Origin: Verrucomicrobiia bacterium
GTDB taxonomy: Bacteria > Verrucomicrobiota > Verrucomicrobiia > JADLBR01
Assembly: GCA_026646655.1 (NCBI GenBank)
Contig: JAPKHT010000008.1
Location: forward strand, 8,426-72,425
Reading direction: 5' to 3'
DNA length: 64,000 nucleotides
Shown: piece by piece, positions 39,468-49,401 of the stretch
Layout of the letters: each line of letters begins with the position of its first letter
Position numbering within the stretch: position 1 is the first letter of the stretch
Notes under the pieces: generated by a model
What the model saw: the letters and a program-made list of their open reading frames with translations, nothing else
Databases searched by the model: none
Told to the model about the DNA's origin: nothing
Made by a program: the position numbers and the translations under genes

Positions 39468-40954
39468 GAACGTTCCTGGCCGTCGCTTGTTTTCTCAACG
39501 CCTCCTGGTTTGCGTGGTCTGCCGCGGACAAGCCCGACGTCTTAGTGATCCTCACCGACCAGTGGAACCCGCGCCACGTGGGCTGGGACAACCCTGAGGT
39601 CCGCACGCCGAATATCGACCGGATCGCTGGAGAGGGCATGATCTTCGACGCGTGCTACACGACTTCGCCGGTTTGCATGCCCGCGCGCGTCTCGCTCGTG
39701 ACCGGCCTCTACCCGCACAACCACGGCCACGCGCTGTGGAACAACGCCACCGGCTACTGCATGGCGCCCGAATCGGCGCCCATGTTCCGCGACATCCGGC
39801 GCGCGGGATACACCACGGCGCAGATCGGCAAACTGCACTGGAACTCGGGCGCGGCATGGAAAAGGGACTTCAAGGACGCCGGGGCGTATTACGAGGCGCT
39901 CGGACTCGACCAGGTCATTGATATCTCGGGTCCGCCCGACTCGGAGAATGGGAGGGGCCCCTATTCCCAACGCATGCGGGAGATGGGCCTCCTGGGCGCG
40001 CTGGCTTCCGACCTCAAGCAGCGCTACCTGAACTGGGAGTTCGAGCCGCGCGTCAGCGTCGTGAAACCCGAGGATTATCACGACAGCTTTGTCACCGGCC
40101 TCGCCGCGGACTTCATCCGCGAGCAACCGAAGGACAAGCCCATGTGCCTCGTCGTCAGCCTGCATTCGCCACACCCGCCGCTCGATGCGCCGGGAGAGTT
40201 CGCGACGATGTATGACCCGGAAAAGCTCACCCTGCCAGCGAACGTGCCGGAGAGCTTCAAGCGAGAGCAAAGGACGCTCGACCGCTCGGAGGTGAAGCGG
40301 CTGCTGGCCAATTATCTCGGCAAGATCGCGCTGGTGGATCAGTGTGTCGGCAGGCTCGCCGAGGCGATGCGCGGACGCGGGACGTGGGATGACGCGCTCG
40401 TTATCGTCACCTCGGACCACGGCGAGATGATGGGCGCGCACGGCCACCTGACCAAGGGCCGCTTCTACGAGGAATCCGGTCGGGTGCCGCTGGTGGTGCG
40501 GTGGCCCGGCCGCGTGAAGACGGGGCGCACCCCGGCCCTCGCGCAGATGATGGACGTGTACCCCACCATCGTCGAGGCCATCGGCGGCGAGATGGCGCCG
40601 GGCCGATTCGCGAGATCGCTGCTCCCGGTGGCGACGGGCAAGCGCGCGTCGGTCCGCGACCTCGTCATCGGCGAGATCGGCAAGGCGGCGCCGCTGGACA
40701 TCATGGCCCGCGACGCGCGATTCAAGTACTGGGCCGATGGGGGCGACGAATTCCTCTTCGACATGCGAAACGACCCACTCGAGATGCGCAACCTCGCCGC
40801 CGACCCCGGGCACCGGGAAACGTTGGGGCAAATGCGGCAGAAACTCCTCTTGCACTTGCGCTCGACCCAGGTGAACTTCGGCGAGGGCTACACGGGCAAG
40901 GTCCACCGCATGCGCGAGGCCGAGGCAAAGAAGTCACCGGAGCGAACCCAATGA
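39464..40954 (+). CDS. Secreted sulfatase
   Basis: ILTDQ, CMPAR, GKLH, PHPP, SDHGEMMG. ATGA overlap with the previous gene. Confidence 0.92.
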   Translation: MRTFLAVACFLNASWFAWSAADKPDVLVILTDQWNPRHVGWDNPEVRTPNIDRIAGEGMIFDACYTTSPVCMPARVSLVTGLYPHNHGHALWNNATGYCMAPESAPMFRDIRRAGYTTAQIGKLHWNSGAAWKRDFKDAGAYYEALGLDQVIDISGPPDSENGRGPYSQRMREMGLLGALASDLKQRYLNWEFEPRVSVVKPEDYHDSFVTGLAADFIREQPKDKPMCLVVSLHSPHPPLDAPGEFATMYDPEKLTLPANVPESFKREQRTLDRSEVKRLLANYLGKIALVDQCVGRLAEAMRGRGTWDDALVIVTSDHGEMMGAHGHLTKGRFYEESGRVPLVVRWPGRVKTGRTPALAQMMDVYPTIVEAIGGEMAPGRFARSLLPVATGKRASVRDLVIGEIGKAAPLDIMARDARFKYWADGGDEFLFDMRNDPLEMRNLAADPGHRETLGQMRQKLLLHLRSTQVNFGEGYTGKVHRMREAEAKKSPERTQ

Positions 40955-41952
40955 AAACGAACCCATCGAACCTGATCCTGGCGGCCCTCATCGGGTTGTT
41001 GCCCTGTCCGTCATGGTCGGAAGATGCGTCGCCTGCGCCGGGCGGGGACCGCGCCCGCCACGTCCTGTTCATCGGGAATAGCTTCACGGCCCGTCACAAC
41101 CTGTCGCAGGTCGTCAAGGCGATGGCGGAGGCCGGGCAGCCCGGGCTGAGGTTCGAGGTGACGACCGTGATCTACGGCGGGCGCACGCTCAAGGACCACT
41201 GGCGGCTGGGCACGCAGAACTTCGTTCGGCTGGCGAGCCTGACCGCGCCGGAGGAGCAGGCGACCATCCAGGCATTGCGCGACGCGATCGCCAAGGATCC
41301 CGGCGACAAGTACGCCCCCCCGGCGCTCGCGCGCCACTTGGAGTTGGCCAAGACCCTCGACCAGCCGAGGCCCAAGTGGGACATCGTCGTCCTCCAGTCC
41401 TATCGTGACGACCAGCCGGGGGCCCAGGCGCCGTACCACGAATACGCACCGAGGTTTGCCGAGTTGATCCGGGGGCAGGGCGCGCGCGTGGTCCTGTACG
41501 AGACGACGCCGGACTCCCAGAATGACAAACCGCTGACCGCGCCGCCGGACCCCGCCCCCGTTCTCGCGAAGGAGCGGGCCATCGCCTCGCTGGCGAAACG
41601 CATCGGCGCCACCGTGGTGCCCATGTCCATGGTGGCGCTGCACTGCCAGACCGCCCGCCCCGATCTGACGCTGCGCTTCGTGAACGATGCCCACTTGAAT
41701 CAGACGATGGCCTACCTGACCGCGTGCACCTTCTACGGGGCGCTCTTCGACCGCAGCCCGGAGGGTTTGCCGGTCGACGCGGTCACCGACATCCGCTGGC
41801 TCGATGATCGGCACCGCGACAAGGATCGCGATGGCGGCCCCATCACCCGAACGTTTTCGGCGAAGGACCGCGCCGACCTCCAGCGCATCGCGTGGGAGGG
41901 CCTGAAGAAATTTCACGAACTGGCGCCAGACGGACGGGATCGGGGGCCGTGA
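40951..41952 (+). CDS. Secreted SGNH/GDSL-like hydrolase
   Basis: Signal peptide, VLFIGNSFT, WDIVVLQS, NDAH. ATGA overlap. Confidence 0.78.
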   Translation: MKTNPSNLILAALIGLLPCPSWSEDASPAPGGDRARHVLFIGNSFTARHNLSQVVKAMAEAGQPGLRFEVTTVIYGGRTLKDHWRLGTQNFVRLASLTAPEEQATIQALRDAIAKDPGDKYAPPALARHLELAKTLDQPRPKWDIVVLQSYRDDQPGAQAPYHEYAPRFAELIRGQGARVVLYETTPDSQNDKPLTAPPDPAPVLAKERAIASLAKRIGATVVPMSMVALHCQTARPDLTLRFVNDAHLNQTMAYLTACTFYGALFDRSPEGLPVDAVTDIRWLDDRHRDKDRDGGPITRTFSAKDRADLQRIAWEGLKKFHELAPDGRDRGP

Positions 41953-42005
41953 CGGTGGCCATGAGTGGCTGGAGACGATCCCGGCACCATCAACCCAGAC
42001 GACCC

Positions 42006-43757
42006 ATGAGATCCCCACTCGCCCTAGGAATCGGTCGGACTTGGCCCGACAGATTCCTCTGGATATTTCACAGCCTGCTGGCTGTGAGATTCTGGGCCAT
42101 CGCGCTCGCCGTCCTCCCGCTCTCCGCAGCCGACAACCGACCCAACCTCATCCTCTTCCTCATCGACGACCAGAATGCCGAGCAGATCGGCGCCTTCGGC
42201 GGGAAGACGTGGACACCCAACCTGGATCGGCTCGCGGCCGAGGGAATCCAATTCACGCGCGCGCACGTGAGCAGCGCGGTGTGCACGCCGTCGCGCTATT
42301 CGTGGATCACGGGCCGCTACGCGGGCGCGTCGCACAGCAAGATCTACGGCGACGCCTGCGGCGGACCCGGGCGCCAGGGCTTCCCCAATTTCAACATGGC
42401 GCTCGAGCGGGACCGCCTGAACATCGGGCGCGTCCTGTCCGAGGCGGGCTACGTCACGGGCTTCACGGGCAAGTTTCACCTCGATTCCAAACTCGATTGG
42501 CCGGAGTTCTTCGGTGGCGAGAACGGTTTGAAGGAGATCCCGAAGACCGCCAAGGCCGGCCCCGAGACGAGCGCGCTGTTCGCGCACAACGAGCGCGTCA
42601 TGCGCCGCTACCTCCAGGCGGTGGGCTTCGGTTGGGCAAAGCACATCTACCCCGAGAACCTGCGCAAGCCCTACCACGAGCACAATCCCGAGTGGACCAT
42701 CAGCGCGGCCGTCGAGTTCATCGGGGAGAACAAGGACGTCCCCTTCTACCTGCACATCACGCCGACGCTCCTGCACGGCGGCGAGGGCTCGTGGCGCAAT
42801 TCGATGGACTATCCGCTGGTGTCCGGCGAGGGGGAGTTGAAGGAACTGCCGGCGGTCATGACGCCGCGCGCGCAGTTGCTTCAGACCCTGAAGGACCATG
42901 GCCTTGACCCCGACGGCCCCGCCGCGGGCGAGGCATGGGTCGACGACGCCGTCGGCGCGGTCGTCAACAAGCTCAAGGCCCTCGGCATCGACAGGAGGAC
43001 GCTCTTCCTCTTCGCGCCCGACCACGGGCGCGATGGCAAAGGCTCTCTCTTCCTCCACAACGGCACGCGCATCCCGATGCTCGCGCGCTGGCCCGAGCGC
43101 ATCCCCGCCGGAACCGTCTGCGAGGAGTTGGTGCAGAACATCGACTGGGCGCCGACCTGCTTCGACATCGCCGGCGCCAAACCGCCCGACGGCTACCGCA
43201 CCGACGGCCGCAGCCTCGCGCCGCTTTTCGCCACCGGCCAAGCGATGCCATGGCGCGACCACCTGTACTTTGAAATGGGCTACGCCCGAGCGGTCGCCAC
43301 GAAGGACTGGAGCTATGTGGCGATCCGTTACCCGCGGGAGACGGTCGCGGCCATCCAGGGCGCCAGCCGCGACCGCCTTCCGCGCCTCATGAGCTACATC
43401 GGTCGCCTGGGCATCGGCGTCCGCGGCGCCGAACGCCCCGGCTTCTGGGATGCCGACCAGTTGTACGACCTCGGCGCGGACCCCGGGGAAATCCAGAACC
43501 TCGCCGCCGACCCCAAACAGGCGGATCGGTTACGGCAGATGCGCGCGATGCTCGCCGCCGACGTGAAATCCATCGGTCGCCCCTTCGGCGAGTTCCTCCC
43601 CGGCGGCAATGCCGCCCCCCCGGGCCAAGTGGATATACAGATCGAGGAGGTCAAAAGTCTCGAGGTCAGCGGCAAGACCGTGGTCGATCCCGAGTCCGAC
43701 ACCCCGGCCCCAGCGAAGAAGGCCAAGCGCGCGCGCAAGAAAAACGCCGAAGAGTGA
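42006..43757 (+). CDS. Secreted sulfatase
   Basis: PNLILFLIDDQ, CTPSR, GKFH, PDHG. Start is ATG 42006 or in-frame GTG 42084. Confidence 0.9.
   Translation: MRSPLALGIGRTWPDRFLWIFHSLLAVRFWAIALAVLPLSAADNRPNLILFLIDDQNAEQIGAFGGKTWTPNLDRLAAEGIQFTRAHVSSAVCTPSRYSWITGRYAGASHSKIYGDACGGPGRQGFPNFNMALERDRLNIGRVLSEAGYVTGFTGKFHLDSKLDWPEFFGGENGLKEIPKTAKAGPETSALFAHNERVMRRYLQAVGFGWAKHIYPENLRKPYHEHNPEWTISAAVEFIGENKDVPFYLHITPTLLHGGEGSWRNSMDYPLVSGEGELKELPAVMTPRAQLLQTLKDHGLDPDGPAAGEAWVDDAVGAVVNKLKALGIDRRTLFLFAPDHGRDGKGSLFLHNGTRIPMLARWPERIPAGTVCEELVQNIDWAPTCFDIAGAKPPDGYRTDGRSLAPLFATGQAMPWRDHLYFEMGYARAVATKDWSYVAIRYPRETVAAIQGASRDRLPRLMSYIGRLGIGVRGAERPGFWDADQLYDLGADPGEIQNLAADPKQADRLRQMRAMLAADVKSIGRPFGEFLPGGNAAPPGQVDIQIEEVKSLEVSGKTVVDPESDTPAPAKKAKRARKKNAEE
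42026..42058. repeat. GTCGGAC/GTCCGAC palindrome family, subtype A (15+3+15)
   Basis: aggaatcggtcggac-ttg-gcccgacagattcct, overlapping CTAG at 42024-42027. Confidence 0.8.
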
Positions 43758-43764
43758 GGGGCGG

Positions 43765-43870
43765 GGAATGTGGGGGGCTGATCTTCGCTGATCTCTTCGC
43801 CGACCGTGTCCGCTGCTCCGTGCGTCGGCGAGAGTCCCATCAGCGCAGATCAGCGTCGATCAGCGTTCCC
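43765..43870. repeat. Inverted element built from ATCAGCG/CGCTGAT heptamers
   Basis: gctgatcttcgctgatc ... atcagcgcagatcagcgtcgatcagcgttccc around an inner stem tcgccgac/gtcggcga. Confidence 0.65.
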
Positions 43871-43979
43871 TGGTGCGGTGTCTCGTTTGGTTCTGACACG
43901 TCCGCCGGGAGGGCCCGCGGCCTCGAGGGCCGGGTCGGCCGGGGCACCGCGCATGCTGGTGGCGCGCGGACGCCGGGGC

Positions 43980-44190
43980 GAGGTTGTCTCAAAATCGTCG
44001 ATAGGCGGCGCCATGGATTATGTGTCGCCGACCGCGTCGAGATCGCTTGAAAGGCGCAAGTGTCACTTGCGCACTCCGAAGGCATTCGCGCGCAGCGCCT
44101 TGGAGTGCGGCAGTCCCACTGCCGCCTTTCAATGGAGATCGACGAACCTCTCGTGATGAGAAGTTTGATTGAAGGTTTTGAGACAACCTC
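43980..44190. mobile_element. 211-bp MITE with perfect 15-bp terminal inverted repeats (IS1182-like ends)
   Basis: gaggttgtctcaaaa (43980-43994) and ttttgagacaacctc (44176-44190). No transposase. IS-family resemblance is from memory. Confidence 0.75.
44047..44132. repeat. GGAG(T)-type REP doublet nested inside the MITE
   Basis: Two inverted units of the form GGAGT-hairpin-CTTTCAA: rc(ggagtgcgcaagtgacacttgcgcctttcaa) and ggagtgcggcagtcccactgccgcctttcaa. Confidence 0.72.
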
Positions 44191-44207
44191 GGGTCGGCGG
44201 CGCGCGC

Positions 44208-44250
44208 CTAGCAGCCTGTCGGACTTAGCCAAGTCCGACAAGGCTGCTAG
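44208..44250. repeat. GTCGGAC/GTCCGAC palindrome family, subtype B, best-preserved copy, CTAG at both ends
   Basis: ctagcagcctgtcggactt-agcc-aagtccgaca(a)ggctgctag. Confidence 0.9.
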
Positions 44251-44253
44251 AAA

Positions 44254-44381
44254 GCAAAACCGCCTTATTCCAAGGCAGTTATGATTGGCCAGACCCAGAT
44301 GCGGCACCGTGCCTGAACGACTGCAACGAATCGTGCTCTCGTTGCATAACTCCTTTGTTCGCAAATAGAAGGCGGTTTTGC
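44254..44381. mobile_element. 128-bp MITE-like element with perfect 13-bp terminal inverted repeats
   Basis: gcaaaaccgcctt (44254-44266) and aaggcggttttgc (44369-44381). Internal agttatg/cataact inverted pair; relatively AT-rich. Confidence 0.65.
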
Positions 44382-44384
44382 CAG

Positions 44385-44417
44385 AGGGGGCTGCCGGACA
44401 AAGTCCGACAGCCTCCT
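44385..44417. repeat. GTCGGAC/GTCCGAC palindrome family, subtype A (15+3+15)
   Basis: agggggctgccggac-aaa-gtccgacagcctcct, running into CTAG. Confidence 0.8.
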
Positions 44418-44421
44418 AGGC

Positions 44422-45741
44422 TCAGGGTTGCCTCGGGCGCGTGGCTTCGGGGACCTCGGTCTCGGAGTGGATGATCTTCCCGCCGCCGGAGCGCGCCTCC
44501 TCGATGAGCCTGCGGTCGGTGGCATCGCGGTCCCAGGGGCGAGCGCCCGCATTCGCGAGCACCCACGCGGCGGTCTCGTGGGCCGGGCGCGCCTTGAGCC
44601 GCGGCGGCCAAAATGGCGGCGAATCGAACAACCGCACACCATCGCCGCCACCGGCGGCGGTCGACCGGGCCCGTTCCTCTGGGGCAGGCGGCCCGATCGG
44701 CAGGGCCGTGCCATCGGCGTCGAAGAAGAGGTTGTCGCGGAGGTGAAGGTCGCAGGGTCCCTTGGCGCCGATGAACGCGGTCCCGGGCGCGGTGCTGGGC
44801 CCCTTGCGCGCCACATTGCCGACGATGGCCATCGCGCCGCGCTGCCACTCGTGGCCCTCCCACTCCCCCTCGACGAGCGCGAAATGCATCGCCCGGCGGC
44901 CGGGGTTGTGGACGAGGTTGTTGACCACGACGCCGCGGGCACCGCCCTTGAAGAGCGGGTTGCGATCGTCGTTGCTGATATAGAGGTTGCCGATGATCGC
45001 GATATCGGTCGTGTTGTCGTGCACGAGCGATCCCTTCGAGTGCGGTCCCTTGCGATGGGTGGAGTCGTGAAGGCCCTCGCCAACGATGCAGTGGCTGAAC
45101 GTGATGCGGTGCGAGGTGTTCTTGCGCCACTCGTCCGGCGACGCGCCCTCGAAGCGCGGCCCGGAGGCGCTCAGGTTCTCATCGGTGGCCCACGTGATCG
45201 AGCAGTGATCGACGATCACATCGTGCGCGCCGACGGTCGCCAGGCCGTCGATCTCCCAGCCGCTTTTCTTCGGGCGCCCGCCGGCGCCGGGACGGATCCG
45301 GATGTGCCGGACGATCACATCGTTCGTGGCGATCCCGATGCCGCCATTCACGAGCGTGATGCCCGGGCTCGGCGCCGTCTCGCCCGCGATCGTGACGCGC
45401 GGTTCCTTCACTTGAAGCGAATGCCCGCCAAGGTCGATCGTACCGGCGACCGCGAACGAGATGACGTGTGGGCCCTTTGCGGCCAGCGCCTCGGCGAGCG
45501 AGCCCGGCCCGCGCTCGGCAAGCGTGGTCACCGGGATGATCCGGCCGCCCTCGCCGCCGCGCGTCGCCGTCCATCCGGGCGGCACAACCCAGCGCTCCTT
45601 GGCGTCCGGTCCGAAGCAAGCGACGACCGCGCCGCATGCGAGGACGATCCCCGCGATCACGGCGGGAAAAGCGGGCCGAGAACCGGTGGCAACCGCAGCC
45701 GATGCGCCGGTCTTGGGTGAGGAGTTGCGCTCTGTCGTCAT
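44422..45741 (-). CDS. Pectate lyase-like (PL1) beta-helix protein
   Basis: TRGGEGGRIIPVTTL...GPGSL, TIAGETAP, IVDHCSITWATDE, HSKGSL, DRNP. Confidence 0.88.
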   Translation of the reverse strand: MTTERNSSPKTGASAAVATGSRPAFPAVIAGIVLACGAVVACFGPDAKERWVVPPGWTATRGGEGGRIIPVTTLAERGPGSLAEALAAKGPHVISFAVAGTIDLGGHSLQVKEPRVTIAGETAPSPGITLVNGGIGIATNDVIVRHIRIRPGAGGRPKKSGWEIDGLATVGAHDVIVDHCSITWATDENLSASGPRFEGASPDEWRKNTSHRITFSHCIVGEGLHDSTHRKGPHSKGSLVHDNTTDIAIIGNLYISNDDRNPLFKGGARGVVVNNLVHNPGRRAMHFALVEGEWEGHEWQRGAMAIVGNVARKGPSTAPGTAFIGAKGPCDLHLRDNLFFDADGTALPIGPPAPEERARSTAAGGGDGVRLFDSPPFWPPRLKARPAHETAAWVLANAGARPWDRDATDRRLIEEARSGGGKIIHSETEVPEATRPRQP

Positions 45742-45923
45742 GGGATGGGCCCGCTCCGATCAAAACTGCCTTGGGAGAGTGACCCCATAAAGAACATTCT
45801 CCGTCTCCTCGTGGACAATCGCGTCTCGCGGTCGACGTCGGCGCATTCCCGATCGCGCATGTCAGGGCCCAGGGCGGCCGATGAACCTCGCCTTGTGGGC
45901 CGGGGATGCGTTAGCCTCAATCA

Positions 45924-46979
45924 ATGTCGCCGCCGAAAAGGGAGAGGTTGCCCCCGACGAAACGGACCCCCTCCAGACCGATATCGATTCTCCGATTCGC
46001 GGGTGCCATTTTGGCTGGGTTGTTGGGTTGCGCGGCGGCCCCAGGGGCGACCGATGCCGAGAGCCCAAACATCGAGCTGGTCAAGACGCTCGATGCCAAG
46101 GGCGCGTTCGTGTCACTGGAGGGGAGAGCCCTCTTTTTGACCAGCGGGTTCAACACCAATGCCCAGCAGACTGGCTATTGGTTCGATATCGGGGAGAACC
46201 CGGGCTCTCCGGCGCCGGTGTCCGCATCGTTGCCCGCCGCCTGGCAGATGGCGGTCTCGGGCGACCACGCATTCGTCTGCGACTACACGAAGTTTCTGAC
46301 GGTCTGCGAGATGCGCGACCGCGAATTTCGGCAGGTGGCCAAGCTGCCGATGCCGTCGCAGACCGAGAACATCATCATCCGGGGAGCGTTCGCCTATATT
46401 GCCAACCACACGGCCGGTCTCACCATCGTGGACATCTCGTCGCCGTCGAGGCCGACGATCGTGGGCAATCTGAACCCCAAGATCGACTGTGATGCCGTGG
46501 CGCTGTCGGGAGACACCGCGATCCTCTACGGGCATTGGGAGAGCCGCCTCGTCTTTGCCGACATCCGCGATCCCGCGAACCCCCGCCAGGTCGGGGTCTT
46601 CCAGCACGACCCGAAGACCTTCAACCAGGGCGAGATGGCCGTTGACAATGACCTTGCCTACTGCACCGCGGTGAATGGCCTCGTCATCGTCAATGTCGCC
46701 GACCCGGCGAACCCGAAACTGGCAAGCGCGGTGCCCCTCGATGTGCCCACGACAGACGTGGCCGTCATGGACGGGATCGCATTCGTCGCATGCCGCGATG
46801 GGGTGCGCGTCTACGGGGTGCGCGATCCGGCGCTGCCGGTCGAAATGGGACACTACCCGTGCCCCGCGTCGCAGCTCGCGGTCCGGCGAGCCCATGCCGA
46901 TTCCGGCACGGGCTACCACATCTATGCGGCCAACAAGAGAGGACCGGCGATGGTATTGCGGTTTCATCGCCGCGAATAG
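45924..46979 (+). CDS. Secreted LVIVD-repeat beta-propeller protein
   Basis: AYIANHTAGLTIVDISSPSRP, NGLVIVNVADPANP, GVRVYGVRDPALP. Confidence 0.82.
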   Translation: MSPPKRERLPPTKRTPSRPISILRFAGAILAGLLGCAAAPGATDAESPNIELVKTLDAKGAFVSLEGRALFLTSGFNTNAQQTGYWFDIGENPGSPAPVSASLPAAWQMAVSGDHAFVCDYTKFLTVCEMRDREFRQVAKLPMPSQTENIIIRGAFAYIANHTAGLTIVDISSPSRPTIVGNLNPKIDCDAVALSGDTAILYGHWESRLVFADIRDPANPRQVGVFQHDPKTFNQGEMAVDNDLAYCTAVNGLVIVNVADPANPKLASAVPLDVPTTDVAVMDGIAFVACRDGVRVYGVRDPALPVEMGHYPCPASQLAVRRAHADSGTGYHIYAANKRGPAMVLRFHRRE

Positions 46980-47011
46980 GCGCGCCGCGTTCTGGCCGCT
47001 GGAGCCTTGCG

Positions 47012-49258
47012 CTACTTCTTGAATCCCGACTCAGTGCCCGAGCGCCGGATCTTGGACTCATCGATGTCCCCCGGCTGCCAGCGCCGCGCCATCGTCACGT
47101 CATCGAGGACCTTCGCGGCCTGGCCGGGGATATCGACGATCCCGGTGCGGTTGAAGAGCGCCGGCTGCACGTACTGGCGGGTGTACGCCGCGGCATAATC
47201 CTTCCAGTGGGCCAGTGCCGACTCGAGATGACGGATTGCCGAGGCCCTCCGTGCCTCGTCGCCGCTCTTGTCGAATAGGGCGAGTTCGCAGGCGCCGCGG
47301 ATCTTCGCCGCGTAATACCGACCGAGGTGCGCCATGGCCTCGATGTCGCCCAGCGTGGCCGCGTACTCCCTCGCGCCATCGGCCGAGGTGATGGTTGCCC
47401 GCCGCAAGTCCGGCAGGGCATCGAGGGCCTTAACCGCGTTGCCGTCCAGCGTCGCGGCGATCTCCGGCGGCGTGACGCCTTCCGGTTTCTGTTTGGCGAG
47501 TAGCCGGGCCCGCCACTCGATGATGTTGAGCACCCCCGCGCCGGGCATGGTGCCGCCCTCGATGAAATCGCGCACCGTGTAGAATCCGCTCTTCCTGCGG
47601 CACGCCTCGGGAAACCATTTGATGTCGATGTCGCCCCAGAAGAAGCGGGTGATGTGCGGGAAGGTCTTCGAGGCGCTGGCCCACGCGGACGTGAGGGCGC
47701 CGACATCGGCCCCGGGGAACCGGGCCCCCACGAGTCGCCCGAACGTTGCGGCGGGTAATTCCGGATCATATGCCAGCCGCCCCCACAGCGCGAATGAGAG
47801 CCATTGCTTCTGCATCACCGTCTGTCGCGGGTTCCCCGGATCCTTGGACAGGAAATCCCTTCCCCAGGTGTAGCCGTCGGGTCCCATGTAAAATCCGGCG
47901 ATCTTGTCTTCACCGGGGATGGCCCTGATGAAGGCGCGGGCGTAATCCACATCGGCCCACCGGAAGCTATAGATGTCGTCGTTGCGCACCGTCAGCCAAC
48001 TGCGAAGCTCGGGCGAGAGAAGCGGGAGCAGTGGCCGGATCATGCCGGGATCGGGCACGGAGTACATGTGCGCGATGGCGTATTTGAAACTCAGGTCGAG
48101 TTGGCAGGGCAGCTCGGCAAACGCCTGCCGGATGTCGCCCAGCCCCGTCATGTGGAATCGATGGATGAGGCGGAACTCGCGCCCCGGGGTCGCCTTTAAC
48201 GCGTCGCGGATGCCCTCCCCGTAAGTCTGCCAGAGCCACTGCTCCTTATCCCGGGCGCTCATCTCTTTGGGGAAACCCTCGCCGGCGGTGATCCCCATGC
48301 CCGCCAGCAAGGGATAGGTGGCGACGGTCTCGCGCGCGCTCGCGCGGAAATACGCGATGGTCCGCGGTGCCCGCTTGTCGTCCGTGATGCCATCCTTCCC
48401 CTCGGCGCCATACAGAAAGATGTTCCAGGTGAACCAGTAGACATCCACGCCGCGGTCCTTGGCCAACCGCATGACATCGCGCCAGAAGGCGATCTTCTCG
48501 TCGATGGTGATCCTCTTGACCACCTCATGGTCGGCGAGCATCTCGGGCCGGACAAAACCGTGCCCGGCGCCGCTGAAGTTCTCGTCCAACGCCGCCCTTG
48601 TCCGCCAGACATCATCGAGGGCCACGCTCGGGAACTCGCGCACCCTGACGATGCTGGGGAAGGGATGGAGGGACCACAGGGAGATGAGATTGTATCGGTG
48701 GCGCGCCATGTCGTCGAACATCTCGCGCCAGAAGCCCATGCTCCACATTTCAGGGATGTTTGCCTGGGCGGCGTCGGCCGGATCGGAATAGGACGGCGTG
48801 CGCAGGTCGAGGGGGATGTTGAATTTGATGCCGCGCTGGGCGATGTGTGGCCGACGATCGGAATCCCGGATGCGATCGAGCGTGCCGGTGCGGATGGCCT
48901 CGGCGATGTCCAGGCCCCCATACATCAGGCCGGCGGTGTCGGCACCCAGGACGCGTATGACCGGCGCGCCACCGTCGCGCCCCACCCGGATCGCATAACC
49001 CTGCGGGACCCCGGCGACCCCGTCCTGGCGCTCGATGGCCAACGAAATGCGAATCGCATCCGCGGGCGCCGACGAGAGACCCTCGGTCACCGCCAGCCCG
49101 CGCGCCTCTGCCTCCCGGCGGATCTCCGCCGCCGCGAACCTCGCCGGTCCGCTGTCCCCTGCCAGATCGATGACGACCCCGTCCCCGGCCAGGGCGTGAT
49201 GCGATAGCACCGTAATCAGCACGAGGGAGAGGGGAGCGAACCGAATGCCGCCAAGCAT
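47012..49258 (-). CDS. Secreted putative glycoside hydrolase (GH67/GH115-like N-terminal domain)
   Basis: PQGYAIR...GADTAGLMYGGLD, RGIKFNIPLDLRTPSY, YNLISLW, helical C-terminus. Family not certain. Confidence 0.7.
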   Translation of the reverse strand: MLGGIRFAPLSLVLITVLSHHALAGDGVVIDLAGDSGPARFAAAEIRREAEARGLAVTEGLSSAPADAIRISLAIERQDGVAGVPQGYAIRVGRDGGAPVIRVLGADTAGLMYGGLDIAEAIRTGTLDRIRDSDRRPHIAQRGIKFNIPLDLRTPSYSDPADAAQANIPEMWSMGFWREMFDDMARHRYNLISLWSLHPFPSIVRVREFPSVALDDVWRTRAALDENFSGAGHGFVRPEMLADHEVVKRITIDEKIAFWRDVMRLAKDRGVDVYWFTWNIFLYGAEGKDGITDDKRAPRTIAYFRASARETVATYPLLAGMGITAGEGFPKEMSARDKEQWLWQTYGEGIRDALKATPGREFRLIHRFHMTGLGDIRQAFAELPCQLDLSFKYAIAHMYSVPDPGMIRPLLPLLSPELRSWLTVRNDDIYSFRWADVDYARAFIRAIPGEDKIAGFYMGPDGYTWGRDFLSKDPGNPRQTVMQKQWLSFALWGRLAYDPELPAATFGRLVGARFPGADVGALTSAWASASKTFPHITRFFWGDIDIKWFPEACRRKSGFYTVRDFIEGGTMPGAGVLNIIEWRARLLAKQKPEGVTPPEIAATLDGNAVKALDALPDLRRATITSADGAREYAATLGDIEAMAHLGRYYAAKIRGACELALFDKSGDEARRASAIRHLESALAHWKDYAAAYTRQYVQPALFNRTGIVDIPGQAAKVLDDVTMARRWQPGDIDESKIRRSGTESGFKK

Positions 49259-49401
49259 GCGACGATCCAAGCGACCACCCACTCGGCGGTCGATCTCAAA
49301 CGTCCGCGGGTTCCTCCGCGGGAATGTTCCGGCTCGATCTCCCCACGCCCAAAGGCAGCATACCCCCAAGGACTCTCGGTCGGGACGACGAGGATGTGGA
49401 T

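Noticed and set aside
43754-44364. Short ORFs across the MITE cluster
   Set aside because: No transposase motifs, atypical composition, and they are composed of repeat sequence.
43758-44421. Possible CRISPR array or structured ncRNA in the repeat-rich gap
   Set aside because: No regularly spaced identical direct repeats and no cas genes; the structure is nested inverted repeats of different families.
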